From NCBI GenBank assembly GCA_964354755.1, contig CAYHBA010000002.1:92002-156001 (forward strand): 64,000 nt of DNA, read 5' to 3'. Below, piece by piece: positions 45,505-56,359 of the stretch. The translations under genes were made by a program, and so were the position numbers. Source of the DNA: an uncultured Thermoplasmata archaeon (GTDB lineage: Archaea; Thermoplasmatota; Thermoplasmata; SG8-5). Each line of letters begins with the position of its first letter. Within the stretch, counting starts at the first letter, position 1. The notes beneath the pieces were generated by a model, which worked only from the letters and a program-made list of their open reading frames with translations, ran no database searches and was not told where the DNA came from.

Positions 45505-45712
45505 ACCGCCCCTCATTGTATTTGTATTTTTGGACTTATAGCTATGATTAACTACTATATAAAGATTTCGCAGTGTTTATAATAGACTAGCCATATTTCC
45601 ACAGAAAATGGCTTATAGATGTATGTTTGCGCAGGTCTGGACAAAGTATTTAAACCCGTAATCAGATAGATATATAATGCCGATTACGGGAATTATTTGA
45701 TTGCTCTGCTGT

Positions 45713-46042
45713 TCAATCCCAGTTAATCAGCATCCGAATGCCGGCAAAAATTATCAGAATCCCGATTATGACCGGGAGAATCCAGCACAATTCCATGCTT
45801 GTGACCCATTCCGGCACGCCGTCGAGGTGCTTGAGCCCAAATTCAATGGCCACCCAGAGACCGAATACGATGACTATCAGGCCCCAGAAGATTGACCACC
45901 CGGTCGGGCGGCGTCTCCTCATTCTCATCCCGGGCTCCCAGCCTTCATGCTGCGCTGATCCCGCAGTCATTTGGCGAGCACAGCTTTTGCAATACACAGC
46001 ATCATCATCGTTCTGGGTCCCGCATTTCTGGCAATATATCAT
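45713..46042 (-). CDS. Zinc-ribbon membrane protein, hypothetical
   Basis: CQKCG...CKSC followed by two TM helices. Confidence 0.35.
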   Translation of the reverse strand: MIYCQKCGTQNDDDAVYCKSCARQMTAGSAQHEGWEPGMRMRRRRPTGWSIFWGLIVIVFGLWVAIEFGLKHLDGVPEWVTSMELCWILPVIIGILIIFAGIRMLINWD

Positions 46043-46232
46043 GGTAATCCCTTTTCGGGAATGCCGATGTGACTATTAATCCTTTTTCCGCATCTTTGGG
46101 CGTCATCCTTCCCAGACTACCGCATGTTGCTGGCTGCCAAAAATCAGAATGGTTGGCGATGCTCAACCAGTGCAAACGCACCATTCAGGGTGAAACGGTT
46201 AGGATGCCCAATGCTTTTGCGTTGGGAAGCCC

Positions 46233-47654
46233 TCACTTGGCCTTGTGGAATTCGAGGAAAGCCCGGTAGGTGGAGTATATGTCAATCTTGTTGGAAATTT
46301 CGAGCGGTGAGTGCATGCTGATGAGCGGCGGGCCGCAGTCTATGACCTGCAGATTGTGTTCCGAGAGGAATCTGGCGACTGTTCCGCCGCCTCCCTCGTC
46401 AACCTTGCCGAGCTCGGTGTACTGCCAGGGAATCTTTTTATCGTTGAGCAGCCGCCTTATCTCGCCCAGGAACTCGGCGTTCGCATCGTTCGAGCCTCCC
46501 TTGCCCCCCGCGCCGCCGAACTTGCATATTCCTATGCCCGAGCCCAGCTTTGCAGCATTGCCCAGCTCGTGCACGCCCTTGAACATCGGGTCCACGCCCG
46601 CATCAACATCTGCGGACAGAGCCCTGGAGTTGGCAAGGATCTTCTTGAGGGTCTCATACCTGAACTTGGGGTCGAGGCGTTCCATTATCTTGATCAGTGC
46701 AAATTCGAGGAACCCACTCTGCGCCCCTGTGGCGCCGATGCTGCCCACTTCCTCCTTGTCGAAGAACAGTGCCAGCGCTGTCTTGGTCGGCTTCTGGACG
46801 TCGCATATCGCGCGAAGCGATGTATAGGCGCAGGCCCTGTCATCCTGTCCGTACCCGCCGACCAGGCTCCTGTCGAAGCCTACGTCCCTGCAAGCATGCG
46901 CCGGAACGGCCTGGAGTTCAGAGCTGATGAGGTCTTCCTCCACGATGCCATACTTCTTGTTCAGTATCTCGAGTATGTTGGTCTTGAACTTGTTCTTTGC
47001 ATCCTTGTCCTTCGTGGGCCGGCCGCCTATTATGATGCGCAGCTCCTCTCCCGTGATGCCGTCGAACAGCTTTCTCTCGCCCTGGGTCTTCCTGGCCAGG
47101 TGCGGCAGCAGATCCCCTATTGAGAATATGGGGTCATCTGGGTCTTCTCCAATGGTGACATTTAAAACTTTCCCGTCCGCCCTGACTATGACACCATGCA
47201 GCGCCAGGGGCACGTTCACCCACTGGTATTTCTTTATGCCGCCGTAATAGTGGGTCTTGAACAGGGCCATGTCAGAGTCCGTGTCCTCGTACAGAGGCTT
47301 CTGTTTGAGGTCCAGCCTGGGGGAGTCAATGTGGCTGCCAACGACCTTCATTCCGCCTGTTATGGGCTCTGAGCCGATGACAGCCAGGGCTGCGATCTTC
47401 TTCATGTTTGTGATGATTACCCTGTCGCCGGTCTTGAGCGACCTGAAGCTGTCGATGGGCCTGAACCCCCGCTTCTTGGCATAGGTCTCGATGTATGTGA
47501 CCACCTCTCTCTCGGTCTTTGACTTGGTGAGGAAATCTTTGTATTCGTCCGCAAAATCGAAAACCGCCTTCTCGGTCTTCTTGTCCACGCCCAGCCAGGC
47601 AGATTCCTGCTTGACGGAGAGCTTGTCTTCCAGAGTCTGTTTCTTCTTGGCCAT
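46233..47654 (-). CDS. M18-family aminopeptidase (aspartyl aminopeptidase-like)
   Basis: GSHIDSPRLDLK, EEVGSIGA, and a C-terminal HSPLE motif. Confidence 0.6.
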   Translation of the reverse strand: MAKKKQTLEDKLSVKQESAWLGVDKKTEKAVFDFADEYKDFLTKSKTEREVVTYIETYAKKRGFRPIDSFRSLKTGDRVIITNMKKIAALAVIGSEPITGGMKVVGSHIDSPRLDLKQKPLYEDTDSDMALFKTHYYGGIKKYQWVNVPLALHGVIVRADGKVLNVTIGEDPDDPIFSIGDLLPHLARKTQGERKLFDGITGEELRIIIGGRPTKDKDAKNKFKTNILEILNKKYGIVEEDLISSELQAVPAHACRDVGFDRSLVGGYGQDDRACAYTSLRAICDVQKPTKTALALFFDKEEVGSIGATGAQSGFLEFALIKIMERLDPKFRYETLKKILANSRALSADVDAGVDPMFKGVHELGNAAKLGSGIGICKFGGAGGKGGSNDANAEFLGEIRRLLNDKKIPWQYTELGKVDEGGGGTVARFLSEHNLQVIDCGPPLISMHSPLEISNKIDIYSTYRAFLEFHKAK

Positions 47655-47748
47655 TCAATCCCCCCCTCAGGGAAAATCCTTGTGAAATTGTTAAACCTTA
47701 TAGTTGATTTATATATATATCATTTCTGTCTGAGATATTCGGGCAATA

Positions 47749-48372
47749 TCATAGTTCAATGCCAAAATGCTTGCCGAGGAGAGCGGAAACGCTTTTTTCC
47801 ACATCGGCGATACCCGCGGACGCGTCAATGACTTTGACATGCTTGGATATCCGAGCGATGTCGAGGTAATTCTGCCTGACCAGCCTGAGATTCCCCAGCG
47901 TCTCGAACTTCTCCAGCCCCGGCCGCTCCACCAGCCGTTTCAAGGAAATCTCCGGGTCGACATCGAGAAGCAGGGTGAGGTCCGGCTTCTGAATAACAGG
48001 CTCGCTCACTGCCATGAGGTACCAGATGTATTCGGAGGGCCTTCCCCCAAATTTCTGATGGAGATGCGCAGCTTGGTATGCCACTGTGGAATCTGAGTAT
48101 CTGTCCGATATCACCAGTTTTCCCTCCTGCATTCTCTCCCTAATCCATTCTGTATGCTGAGCCCTGTCAGCCAGGAAAAGGAAAGCTTCCGTGTACGGGC
48201 TCACATCCTCGGTGTAGCTGCGCCTCACTGCATCGCCCAGCCACGTTCCTGTGGGCTCTGCGGTGAGCTCGACCCTGAACCCTGCCTCCCCGAGCCTTTT
48301 GGAAATCATGCAGGTCAATGATGATTTGCCGCAGCCGTCAATGCCCTCCAATGTGATGAATCCGGATTTCAT
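47749..48372 (-). CDS. tmk: Thymidylate kinase
   Basis: P-loop FITLEGIDGCGKSS and the DRY motif ISDRYSDS. Confidence 0.8.
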   Translation of the reverse strand: MKSGFITLEGIDGCGKSSLTCMISKRLGEAGFRVELTAEPTGTWLGDAVRRSYTEDVSPYTEAFLFLADRAQHTEWIRERMQEGKLVISDRYSDSTVAYQAAHLHQKFGGRPSEYIWYLMAVSEPVIQKPDLTLLLDVDPEISLKRLVERPGLEKFETLGNLRLVRQNYLDIARISKHVKVIDASAGIADVEKSVSALLGKHFGIEL

Positions 48373-48414
48373 TGGAAGGGAATCCCATCACGGGCATATA
48401 CCCTTTTCCCTGCG

Positions 48415-48597
48415 TCATTCCTTTTTTTGGGCGGGGATGTCCTTCTCGATGACGAACGCGCCGACATAATCGCAGTCCTTGCAGTGGTATTTGTAGCCCG
48501 TGACCAGACCAGCCTCGTAGTACAGGCCGGCGCTCCCGCAGTGGGGGCACGTGAGAACTCTCGTCGGTTTGGCCATCAGTATCCCTGATATGTACAT
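48415..48597 (-). CDS. Small zinc-ribbon protein
   Basis: CPHCGS...CKDCDY, 60 aa. Confidence 0.35.
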   Translation of the reverse strand: MYISGILMAKPTRVLTCPHCGSAGLYYEAGLVTGYKYHCKDCDYVGAFVIEKDIPAQKKE

Positions 48598-48645
48598 TCT
48601 CTGGCCAGTATTAATTACTTATCATGGGAAACGATTAATCCTTGT

Positions 48646-49509
48646 TTGGCCTTGGGCAGTCCCATGCACCTGATAGTGACATCAGCGGAGGACGTTGCCA
48701 GCATGAACATCCGGTCAAGGCTCTTGGAGATGGCGGACTGGAAAGAGTCGGGGGAATTCGAGGGCTCGGCCGTTCTCACTCATGGCAATTATCAGATGAT
48801 TCTCATCAAGGACATACATCTGCACAGAGAGTACCTGGACAGGGATGTGGAAAATGTTCTCGGAAAGCGGTATGACACATTCGTCTTCGCTTCCAGGCAC
48901 AGGTCGGAGTCGGGCCTGCGCACGCTGACTGTCCACGCCCTTGGGAACTACGGTAATGCGGATTTCGGGGGGCAACCCGGCAAACTGGTTTTGACCAACC
49001 CGAGGCTCGGAACCCAGGCCCTGCTCCTGCTCAGGAGATATGGCGATGGCCTGGGGTTTGGAATTTCGTTTGAGGCATCGCATCATGGCCCTTACCTTGA
49101 GACTCCGACATTCTTCATAGAGATAGGCAGCGGCCCGGATGCGTGGCCTGAGCCCGAGCCTGCCAAGGCCATAGCCAGGGCGATTCTTGACTTGGAGAAG
49201 GAAGACATTACGGGAGATGATTCCATAGGCATAGGCTTCGGCGGAGGCCATTATGCTCCCAGACACACCGATGTCGCGGAAAGGATGAAGATATCCATGG
49301 GCCACATTGTGCCGGACCATGCCATCGGCAGGGTTGACGGCCCGATGTTGGACCAGATAATCGAAAAGACTCCTGGAGTTTCAGTCGCGTATTTCCATAA
49401 GAAAGCCGTCAGGAATCCCAGGAAGGCTGAGCTGGTGGCCATGCTGGAAGAGAGGGGGGTCAGGGCAGTCAGGTCCTCCGACCTGGAACCCAGAACAGTT
49501 GCCCCGTAA
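48646..49509 (+). CDS. dtdA: D-aminoacyl-tRNA deacylase, archaeal type (DtdA)
   Basis: N-terminus MHLIVTSAEDVASMNIRSRLLE and a length of about 280 aa are consistent with the archaeal DTD family. Confidence 0.5.
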   Translation: MALGSPMHLIVTSAEDVASMNIRSRLLEMADWKESGEFEGSAVLTHGNYQMILIKDIHLHREYLDRDVENVLGKRYDTFVFASRHRSESGLRTLTVHALGNYGNADFGGQPGKLVLTNPRLGTQALLLLRRYGDGLGFGISFEASHHGPYLETPTFFIEIGSGPDAWPEPEPAKAIARAILDLEKEDITGDDSIGIGFGGGHYAPRHTDVAERMKISMGHIVPDHAIGRVDGPMLDQIIEKTPGVSVAYFHKKAVRNPRKAELVAMLEERGVRAVRSSDLEPRTVAP

Positions 49510-49644
49510 ATCCTAATGCCCCTCAGGACTTTGGATGCAGTTAAAAGTTTCCGAATCTCCCGCAGGAGTTCGGATGCCGAAAAAAGCGAAAATTAAAATA
49601 ACCCTCGTTGTAATGGGGGTTTCTCCAGTAGGGGGGCAGTTGCA

Positions 49645-50400
49645 ATGTTGAAGGAATGCAGGACACACGGATATTTCAGAGACGAAGAATGCCCTATTTG
49701 CGGTGAGCAAGGCAGGTTTTTGATGAACGAGGAAGAGCTGGACAAGCTGGGCCGAACAATGGCCGGAGTTCTCCGCCACTTCCCAGAAAGGTACGGGCTG
49801 AGGATGAACAAGCAGGGCTGGGTGGACCTGGAGGAATTCATCAACCAGGTTAGGGACAAGCAGAGGCGGTTCAGGTGGCTCAAGCCCCATCACATACTCG
49901 CCATCATTGACACCGACCCGAAAGGCAGGTACCAGTTCAGGGACGGCATGATACGAGCGACATACGCGCACTCGGTCGACGTTGACCTTGACCTGCCCAC
50001 CAGGGGAACGCCGGACTTGCTGTACTACCCGACGACAAAGGAGGAGAAGGACGTACTCGTCGAGACAGGCCTCATGCCCTCCGACAGAAAATTAGTCCAC
50101 CTCAGCAGGACAGTCGAATCGGCCGTGGTTGCAGGCAAGGTCAGGGACCCTGAGCCCCTCATATTCGAGGTTAACTCCAAGGCAATGACCGAAGCCAACC
50201 TGGTCATCAAGAAGGCAGGAAACACGGTATTCGTCGTCGATGCCGTGCCGCCGGAGTACCTCAGGCTCATGGAACCGGAGGAAGTTCCTGTGGTTGAGGA
50301 AGAACCGAAAGTAAGGCTGGCGAAGAAAGAGGAAACCCCGGTCGAGGAAACGCCAGCTGAAGAAAGGCCGGCCGAAGACAAGCCAGCTGACGGGGAATAG
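49645..50400 (+). CDS. kptA: RNA 2'-phosphotransferase (KptA/Tpt1) with an N-terminal zinc ribbon and an acidic/Pro-rich tail
   Basis: VLRHFPERYGL, IRATYAHS and VHLS motifs are present. Confidence 0.55.
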   Translation: MLKECRTHGYFRDEECPICGEQGRFLMNEEELDKLGRTMAGVLRHFPERYGLRMNKQGWVDLEEFINQVRDKQRRFRWLKPHHILAIIDTDPKGRYQFRDGMIRATYAHSVDVDLDLPTRGTPDLLYYPTTKEEKDVLVETGLMPSDRKLVHLSRTVESAVVAGKVRDPEPLIFEVNSKAMTEANLVIKKAGNTVFVVDAVPPEYLRLMEPEEVPVVEEEPKVRLAKKEETPVEETPAEERPAEDKPADGE

Positions 50401-50439
50401 GATATTTGTCTCCCAGTGACATTTGTGTGGGGGTGCCCA

Positions 50440-51888
50440 ATGAAGGAATATGACATCATAGCCATAGGCAGCGGCTCCAGCATGAACATCGTGCCGGCCT
50501 TTCTCGGGTCCAGGCCCGGTGCGAGGGCTGCGGTCATAGACAAGGACGATCCCGGCGGAATATGCCTCACCAGGGGCTGCATACCGACAAAGATGCTCGT
50601 GTATCCGGCAGAGCTGGTCCGCACAATCCATGAAGCCGGGCAGTTCGGCATAGATGCCCCGATAAGGAAGGTGGATTTCCGGAAGGTCATGGACAGGATG
50701 AGGGCCCATGTCAGGCCCCAGATAGAGTCCATCAGAAAAGGCCTGGGCGGTTCACCGAACATTGATTATTATCCGGTGGCCGCGGAATTCGTCTCCCCTT
50801 ACACGCTGAAGGTTGGAAAGGAGACTATCACCTCGAAATTCATACTCCTCTGCCTGGGCTCCGAGGTTCTGATCCCGCCCGTACCGGGGCTTGAGAAGGC
50901 CAAGTACCACACGAGCGACACCGTGCTGGAGATGCGGAAGCTGCCCGAGTCCATGATAATAATCGGAGGCGGGTACATCGCGGCCGAGTACGGGCATTTC
51001 TTCTCGGCAATGGGCTCCAAGGTCACCATTATCGGTCGGAACCCGCAGTTCCTTCCCAGAGAAGAACCCGAGGTTTCCGCATTCGCGGTCAATGCAATGT
51101 CCGGGCACATGGCCATACTCACAAACCTGGAGGTGGTCGAAGTCCAGGGCTCGCTCACCGGCAAGAAGAAGGTCGTTGCCAGGGACAGGGCCACGGGAAA
51201 GACGACGGCGCTTTCGGCGGACGAGCTGCTGGTGGCCGTCGGAAGAAGGCCGAACACCGAAATGCTGCACCCGGAGAAGTCAGGCGTCCAAGTCGATGCA
51301 AAGGGTTGGATAAAGGTCAACGAATTCATGGAGACCAGCCAGCCCGGCATTTGGGCCTTCGGGGACGCCACGGGGAAACACCAGTTCAAGCATGCGGCAA
51401 ATTATGAATCCCGGCTGGTGTATTACAATGCCATGCTGGGGAAGAAGACAGCGGCTGACTATCATGCTGTCCCACATGCCATATTCTCCTATCCCGAAAT
51501 AGCCGGGGTGGGCATGACCGAGAGAGAGGCCATCCAGGCCAAGGGCGGGAACAATATCCTAATCGGATTCTGCAAATTCGCTGACACGGCCAAGGGCATG
51601 GCCATGGGTGCCGAAGGTTTTGTCAAGGTGATTGCCGAGTCAGGCAACCGGAGGATACTCGGGGCGCACATCATAGGCCCCCAGGCGTCAGTGCTGATTC
51701 AGGAGGTCATCAATCTCATGTACACGCCCTCGGGCAGCATCTTGCCAATAACCAGCGGAATGCACATACACCCGGCCCTAAGCGAGGTGGTGGAGCGCGC
51801 CTGCCAGAGGCTCATGACACCGGCACAGTACGCACATCTGCAGCAGCACGAGCGCGGGGAAGCCCACGAGGAGCGCCACAATCATTAG
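50440..51888 (+). CDS. Class I pyridine nucleotide-disulfide oxidoreductase (dihydrolipoamide dehydrogenase / glutathione reductase-like)
   Basis: FAD motif DIIAIGSGS. Redox-active GGICLTRGCIPTK. NAD motif IIGGGYIAAEYG. C-terminal dimerisation domain. Confidence 0.75.
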   Translation: MKEYDIIAIGSGSSMNIVPAFLGSRPGARAAVIDKDDPGGICLTRGCIPTKMLVYPAELVRTIHEAGQFGIDAPIRKVDFRKVMDRMRAHVRPQIESIRKGLGGSPNIDYYPVAAEFVSPYTLKVGKETITSKFILLCLGSEVLIPPVPGLEKAKYHTSDTVLEMRKLPESMIIIGGGYIAAEYGHFFSAMGSKVTIIGRNPQFLPREEPEVSAFAVNAMSGHMAILTNLEVVEVQGSLTGKKKVVARDRATGKTTALSADELLVAVGRRPNTEMLHPEKSGVQVDAKGWIKVNEFMETSQPGIWAFGDATGKHQFKHAANYESRLVYYNAMLGKKTAADYHAVPHAIFSYPEIAGVGMTEREAIQAKGGNNILIGFCKFADTAKGMAMGAEGFVKVIAESGNRRILGAHIIGPQASVLIQEVINLMYTPSGSILPITSGMHIHPALSEVVERACQRLMTPAQYAHLQQHERGEAHEERHNH

Positions 51889-52364
51889 AACAGCGTAGCC
51901 AGCATCCTGCAGATTTCCTTCAGAAACTCTTCGTCTTCAGCCGAGAAGGGCCCGAGCTCGTGGGAATCAATATCCAGCTCGCCGATGAACTTTTCCCCCT
52001 TGAGAATGGGGACGACAATTTCGGACTGCACCTTCGGGCTGCACGAGAGGTAGTTCGTAACCTCGCAGACGTTCTGGACCACGAAAATCTTCTTCGTCTC
52101 CGCGCTCTGACCGCATATGCCTTCCCCGAATTGGATGTTTACATGCTCTGTCGGATCGCCGACAAACGGCCCCAGTTCCAGTACCCTCTCCTTATCCGGT
52201 TTGACAGTATAGAATCCGACCCAATCGTAGTAGCTCACATTGTCCGCAAGAAGCTGGCAGACCCGCGCCATCTTCTCCTTTTTTTCTCCCTGGCCGGCTA
52301 TGACTCTCTTCACCTGGCCCATCAAAGTTCCGAACAGTACACTCTTTACCGAACTGTCCATCAT
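51885..52364 (-). CDS. GAF-domain protein, fRMsr-like (free methionine-R-sulfoxide reductase family)
   Basis: YDWVGFY and ICGQSAET motifs. Confidence 0.55.
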   Translation of the reverse strand: MMDSSVKSVLFGTLMGQVKRVIAGQGEKKEKMARVCQLLADNVSYYDWVGFYTVKPDKERVLELGPFVGDPTEHVNIQFGEGICGQSAETKKIFVVQNVCEVTNYLSCSPKVQSEIVVPILKGEKFIGELDIDSHELGPFSAEDEEFLKEICRMLATLF

Positions 52365-52705
52365 GGCCCCTCCTCCAGCTCCGCCCAGGACTTCAGGGCC
52401 CTGCGGATATGGGGTATGGTGATGGACCCGCCGACGATGAGGCCGATGTCCAATGTCTCAATCAATTCGGGTTCCGTGACCTTGGCCCTGCGGCACTGCA
52501 CCAGGTGGTAGTTTATGCAGTCGTCGCACCTGAGAACCAGGGAGGCCACGAGCCCCAGCATCTCCTTCTGCTTCGCGGGAAGAGCTCCGTCCTCGTAGAC
52601 CTTGGCATCGAGATTGAGAAACCGCCTCATGCTCGTGTCCGCCTTGGACATCATGAGTTTGGCCAGCTTCTCCCTTTCCTTCCGGAAATCATGAATGTGC
52701 GCCAT
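52361..52705 (-). CDS. Carboxymuconolactone decarboxylase (AhpD-like) family protein
   Basis: CxxC-containing CMD motif LRCDDCINYH. Confidence 0.6.
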   Translation of the reverse strand: MAHIHDFRKEREKLAKLMMSKADTSMRRFLNLDAKVYEDGALPAKQKEMLGLVASLVLRCDDCINYHLVQCRRAKVTEPELIETLDIGLIVGGSITIPHIRRALKSWAELEEGP

Positions 52706-52730
52706 GGCTTCACCCGCAAGATTATGCGCA

Positions 52731-54095
52731 TCATACTTTTATTGTTTTCCAGGCGCCCATTCTGAATCTCCAGGCTATAATGGCCGCCCTGACGCAGTAC
52801 TCCACCACGAAGGCAATCCATGCGCCCAGGATGCCAAATCCCAGCGGGAAGGCCAGGGTAAAAGCGATGGGGAGCCTCACTACGAACATGCCCAGTATAG
52901 CTACGTTGAGCGGCCAGCGCGTGTCTCCCGCGCCGCGGAGTGCGCCGGACAGCGTGAAATGGATGCCGATTGCCGGCATTGCCAGTGCCTGCAGCCGTAT
53001 CCACAGCACGGCATAATCTATTGTCTCCCGGTCGGACACGAACAGCCTGGCCATGGGATGCGCGAATATGAACATGGTGATCCCCACACCGCACATCATG
53101 AGCATGGAGAGCTTGGTTGACTCCCAGCCGCATTCCTCTGCCACGTCGGGCTTTCCCGCACCAAGGTTCTGCCCGACGAGCGCAGTGGCTGCCAGTGCGA
53201 ACCCCATGCCAGGCATGAAGGCGAGCCCCTGAATCCTCGCCCCGATCTGGTGACCGGCCAGAATCGAGGTTCCAAAGTACACTACCATTGCCGTGTAGAA
53301 CAGGAACCCCACCTGCAGCACGACCTGTTCACCGGCAGCCGGAATCCCGATCTTCGTGATCCTCCCGATGACCTTCTTGGAGTACATCATTCTTCTTGCA
53401 GGGAGACCCAGCTTCAGCCGCCCGGTTAAGAGAAGTATAACATATCCAGAAGCGCCGGCCGCGAAGCCGATTATATTGGCGATTCCCGCGCCCATCACGC
53501 CCATCTGAGGGAATCCGAAGTTTCCGAAGATGAGCAAATAGCCTACAGCCATGTTGACAAGGTTGGTCACCAGCGCCATGACGAGCGGCGTCTTCATGTC
53601 GCCCGCGCCCCTCACTGCCGCGCCCATGATGAACTCGAAGAAGCTGAAGACCGTGCCCAGGAACACGAACTTGATGTAAATCTCTCCGAGCCTCTGGACC
53701 TCGTCAGTGGCCGGGAACATCTCGATGACCCTGCCGCCCAGGAACCAGCCGAACAGCATCATGGGGATTGTGAGGAGCAGGCTCAGCACGATGCTCTGTT
53801 CCATCACCCGCTCTGCCTTTTTCCTCTCCCCGGCGCCGACATGCCTTGCAATCAGGGCGATCGTCCCAGCGCTCACAGCCATCATGATGCCCTGCGCCAG
53901 GAAGACCACCTGGCTTCCCAGCCCCACCCCGGCGATGGACTCTGTGCCGACATCTTCGCCCAGGTTCCCCACCATAATCATGTTGACCGTTACCGTGAGG
54001 GACTGAAGCAGGTTCGTGAGGATGACGGGCCAGGTGAATTCCAGAATCTCCCGGCGCCTGGCGCCATTGCCGCTGCCCGTTCCGAACAGATGCAT
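52731..54095 (-). CDS. MATE-family efflux transporter
   Basis: 454 aa with 12 TM helices in a duplicated 6+6 MATE topology. Confidence 0.75.
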   Translation of the reverse strand: MHLFGTGSGNGARRREILEFTWPVILTNLLQSLTVTVNMIMVGNLGEDVGTESIAGVGLGSQVVFLAQGIMMAVSAGTIALIARHVGAGERKKAERVMEQSIVLSLLLTIPMMLFGWFLGGRVIEMFPATDEVQRLGEIYIKFVFLGTVFSFFEFIMGAAVRGAGDMKTPLVMALVTNLVNMAVGYLLIFGNFGFPQMGVMGAGIANIIGFAAGASGYVILLLTGRLKLGLPARRMMYSKKVIGRITKIGIPAAGEQVVLQVGFLFYTAMVVYFGTSILAGHQIGARIQGLAFMPGMGFALAATALVGQNLGAGKPDVAEECGWESTKLSMLMMCGVGITMFIFAHPMARLFVSDRETIDYAVLWIRLQALAMPAIGIHFTLSGALRGAGDTRWPLNVAILGMFVVRLPIAFTLAFPLGFGILGAWIAFVVEYCVRAAIIAWRFRMGAWKTIKV

Positions 54096-54181
54096 GGCCA
54101 GGATGAGAATATGTTAAGTATTTAAACTTCTACATAATACAGAAATGGCAAGGTCCAGCTCATGCCGCGATGCGGCTGTGG

Positions 54182-54769
54182 TCATTGAGGCGGCCTGAGC
54201 CCGAGTTCGATCTCCTTGTCATTAGCCATTTTGGCACATTGTTCTTTGGTGAGCACTCCTGACTTGTAGCCCTTGTTCAGCCATTTCTTGTACTCGTGAA
54301 GCTCTGAATTGGCCCTGTCCAGCTTTCCGCCGGTCAGTGGCGTCCATGATGATTCGGGTTTGATTGGCTTAGGCACGGTCTTAGGCTTTTGGACGGCCTG
54401 GGGTTCGGGCCTTGGTTCGGGCGGCGGCTGGATATATCGCGGTGCAGGATCCGCTTTTGGAAGAGGGGCTGGTTCAGGTTTGGGCTGCGGAGTCGGCTGC
54501 ATATGCAGGACCTTGGGTTCCTGGACAGCCTTGGATTCGGGTTTAGGTTCAGGCGGGGGGTGGTCATGTTGCGGGGGCGGTTGGGCCGTGTGCTTGGGTT
54601 CTGGGGCGGCCTTGGGTGTTGCCGGCACAGCTTGCGCTGGGGACTCAGCCTGAGCTGGCTCGGGCTCTTCCTTCTTGCCAAACGAGAAAAGACCGCCTCT
54701 CTTTTCCTTCTTCCGTTTGCCACGCGCCTCGATATTCTCGAGATCCGCATACATATCTTTCGCAGACAA
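54182..54769 (-). CDS. Pro-rich low-complexity protein with a C-terminal SHOCT-like domain
   Basis: PEPKP-type repeats. C-terminus YKKWLNKGYKSGVLTKEQCAKMANDKEIELGL. Confidence 0.4.
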   Translation of the reverse strand: MSAKDMYADLENIEARGKRKKEKRGGLFSFGKKEEPEPAQAESPAQAVPATPKAAPEPKHTAQPPPQHDHPPPEPKPESKAVQEPKVLHMQPTPQPKPEPAPLPKADPAPRYIQPPPEPRPEPQAVQKPKTVPKPIKPESSWTPLTGGKLDRANSELHEYKKWLNKGYKSGVLTKEQCAKMANDKEIELGLRPPQ

Positions 54770-54884
54770 AGGCCCTTCCTCTATGACTGTAATAATCTAT
54801 CTGTCATATAATCTTTTTTATATGCTCCCGCATTGGGGTCGGATGATATGGCATTGTTAATATACTATTGAGGGATGCCCAACC

Positions 54885-55652
54885 ATGGGCAAAAAACTTT
54901 ACCCACTCCAGGACCCGTCCCTTCTGCTGAAAAGGTTAAAAGGAGACCCTGTGAGGAACTCGGATTTTCTGTACAGGGTTTTTGTCAGTCGCGGGAAGTT
55001 CGACATATACTCGACCAAGGACATGGGTGCCGCCATGGCGGTGCAGGCAAAACAACGGCATCTGATTTTCTGGGGTAATTGGGACGGTGTGGCGATTCCC
55101 CACTCCCTGCTTCCGGAGAAAGATTTCTTCGTGTCCTCGAGCCCTCCGGGTGCTGTATTGCTCATGGGGAAAAGCAGGGAAAACACGGGAGAATGGCCAT
55201 GCTGGCATTTCCTCGCCCCGGAGAGTTATGGTCCCGGCCCATGGGACAAGATAGGGCCGATAAAGCTTGAGGAGGTGCCCTTCATATCCAAGCACTGGAC
55301 GCTGAGCGACCACCCCGAGAGGGAAATGATGTCGAGCGTGAGAAAGTTCGACAGCGCATGCATCAGGATTCTGGGCAGGCCTGTTGCCTGGTGCGGCCTT
55401 CATTATGAAATCGAGGGCGTGGGAAACATGGGCTTCGCACACACTCTGGACCGGCACAGGAGAAAGGGCTATGCCGCACTTGTCACGAAGGCTCTGGTGA
55501 ACCGCCTGGCAGCCAGGGGGAACAGGGCAACGGTCCATGTGATAAAGGACAATCATGCAAGCATCGGGCTGTGCGAATCAATGGGCTTCGAAGTCATAGG
55601 GGAACTGACCTGGGCCTCCTTCGGGAAGAGGACAGTGCCATGCGACAAATGA
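54885..55652 (+). CDS. GNAT-family acetyltransferase
   Basis: HRRKGYAALVTKALVNRL...NHASIGLCESMGFE. Confidence 0.5.
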   Translation: MGKKLYPLQDPSLLLKRLKGDPVRNSDFLYRVFVSRGKFDIYSTKDMGAAMAVQAKQRHLIFWGNWDGVAIPHSLLPEKDFFVSSSPPGAVLLMGKSRENTGEWPCWHFLAPESYGPGPWDKIGPIKLEEVPFISKHWTLSDHPEREMMSSVRKFDSACIRILGRPVAWCGLHYEIEGVGNMGFAHTLDRHRRKGYAALVTKALVNRLAARGNRATVHVIKDNHASIGLCESMGFEVIGELTWASFGKRTVPCDK

Positions 55653-55754
55653 CCTGCGAAACCAATATATACTGACCTCTCTTTGTGCCGATGCTCTTTC
55701 GAGCCAATGACTGATGAAGCCCCCTCAGCGGAGGGGGTTGAAGGAGGAATTGAA

Positions 55755-56126
55755 ATGGCAAAACCGATGTATGTAAGATTCGAGATGGACAAGGAACTCG
55801 TTGACAAGACCTACCAGCTTGTCGAGCTGTCAAGGGACACGGGCAAGCTCAGAAAGGGAACCAACGAAGTGACCAAGCTCGTCGAGAGGGGGGCAACAAA
55901 GTTCGTCGTTATAGCCGAGGACGTTCAGCCTGAGGAAATATTGGCCCACATGCCTCTCCTGTGCGAGGACAAGAACGTCCCTTATGCCTACGTGCCCAGC
56001 AAACAGGAGCTCGGCGTAGCGTGCGGCCTCGAGAAGCCGACGTCATCCGTCGCCATCGTGGACGCAGGCAAGGGAAAGCCCCTCCTGGAGGAGATTACCG
56101 GAAAGGTGGCCTCCCTGAGGAAGTGA
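55755..56126 (+). CDS. rpl7ae: Ribosomal protein L7Ae
   Basis: [47 protein letters not shown]. Confidence 0.9.
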   Translation: MAKPMYVRFEMDKELVDKTYQLVELSRDTGKLRKGTNEVTKLVERGATKFVVIAEDVQPEEILAHMPLLCEDKNVPYAYVPSKQELGVACGLEKPTSSVAIVDAGKGKPLLEEITGKVASLRK

Positions 56127-56145
56127 ATGCCCGGGATGTTTTAAA

Positions 56146-56358
56146 ATGATGAACGACAGCATACCGGCCGAGGTGGTGGAGATTGTCGGCAGAACCGGCA
56201 TGACAGGAGAAGCCACCCAGGTCAAGGTCAGGGTCCTGGACGGCCGCGACAAAGGCCGCATCATCACGCGCAACATCATAGGCCCGGTGCAGCTCGGTGA
56301 CATACTCATGCTCAGGGAGACGCAGAGAGAAGCAAGAAAGCTAGGGATGGGTAGGTAA
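56146..56358 (+). CDS. rps28e: Ribosomal protein S28e
   Basis: [47 protein letters not shown]. Confidence 0.9.
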   Translation: MMNDSIPAEVVEIVGRTGMTGEATQVKVRVLDGRDKGRIITRNIIGPVQLGDILMLRETQREARKLGMGR

Positions 56359-56359
56359 C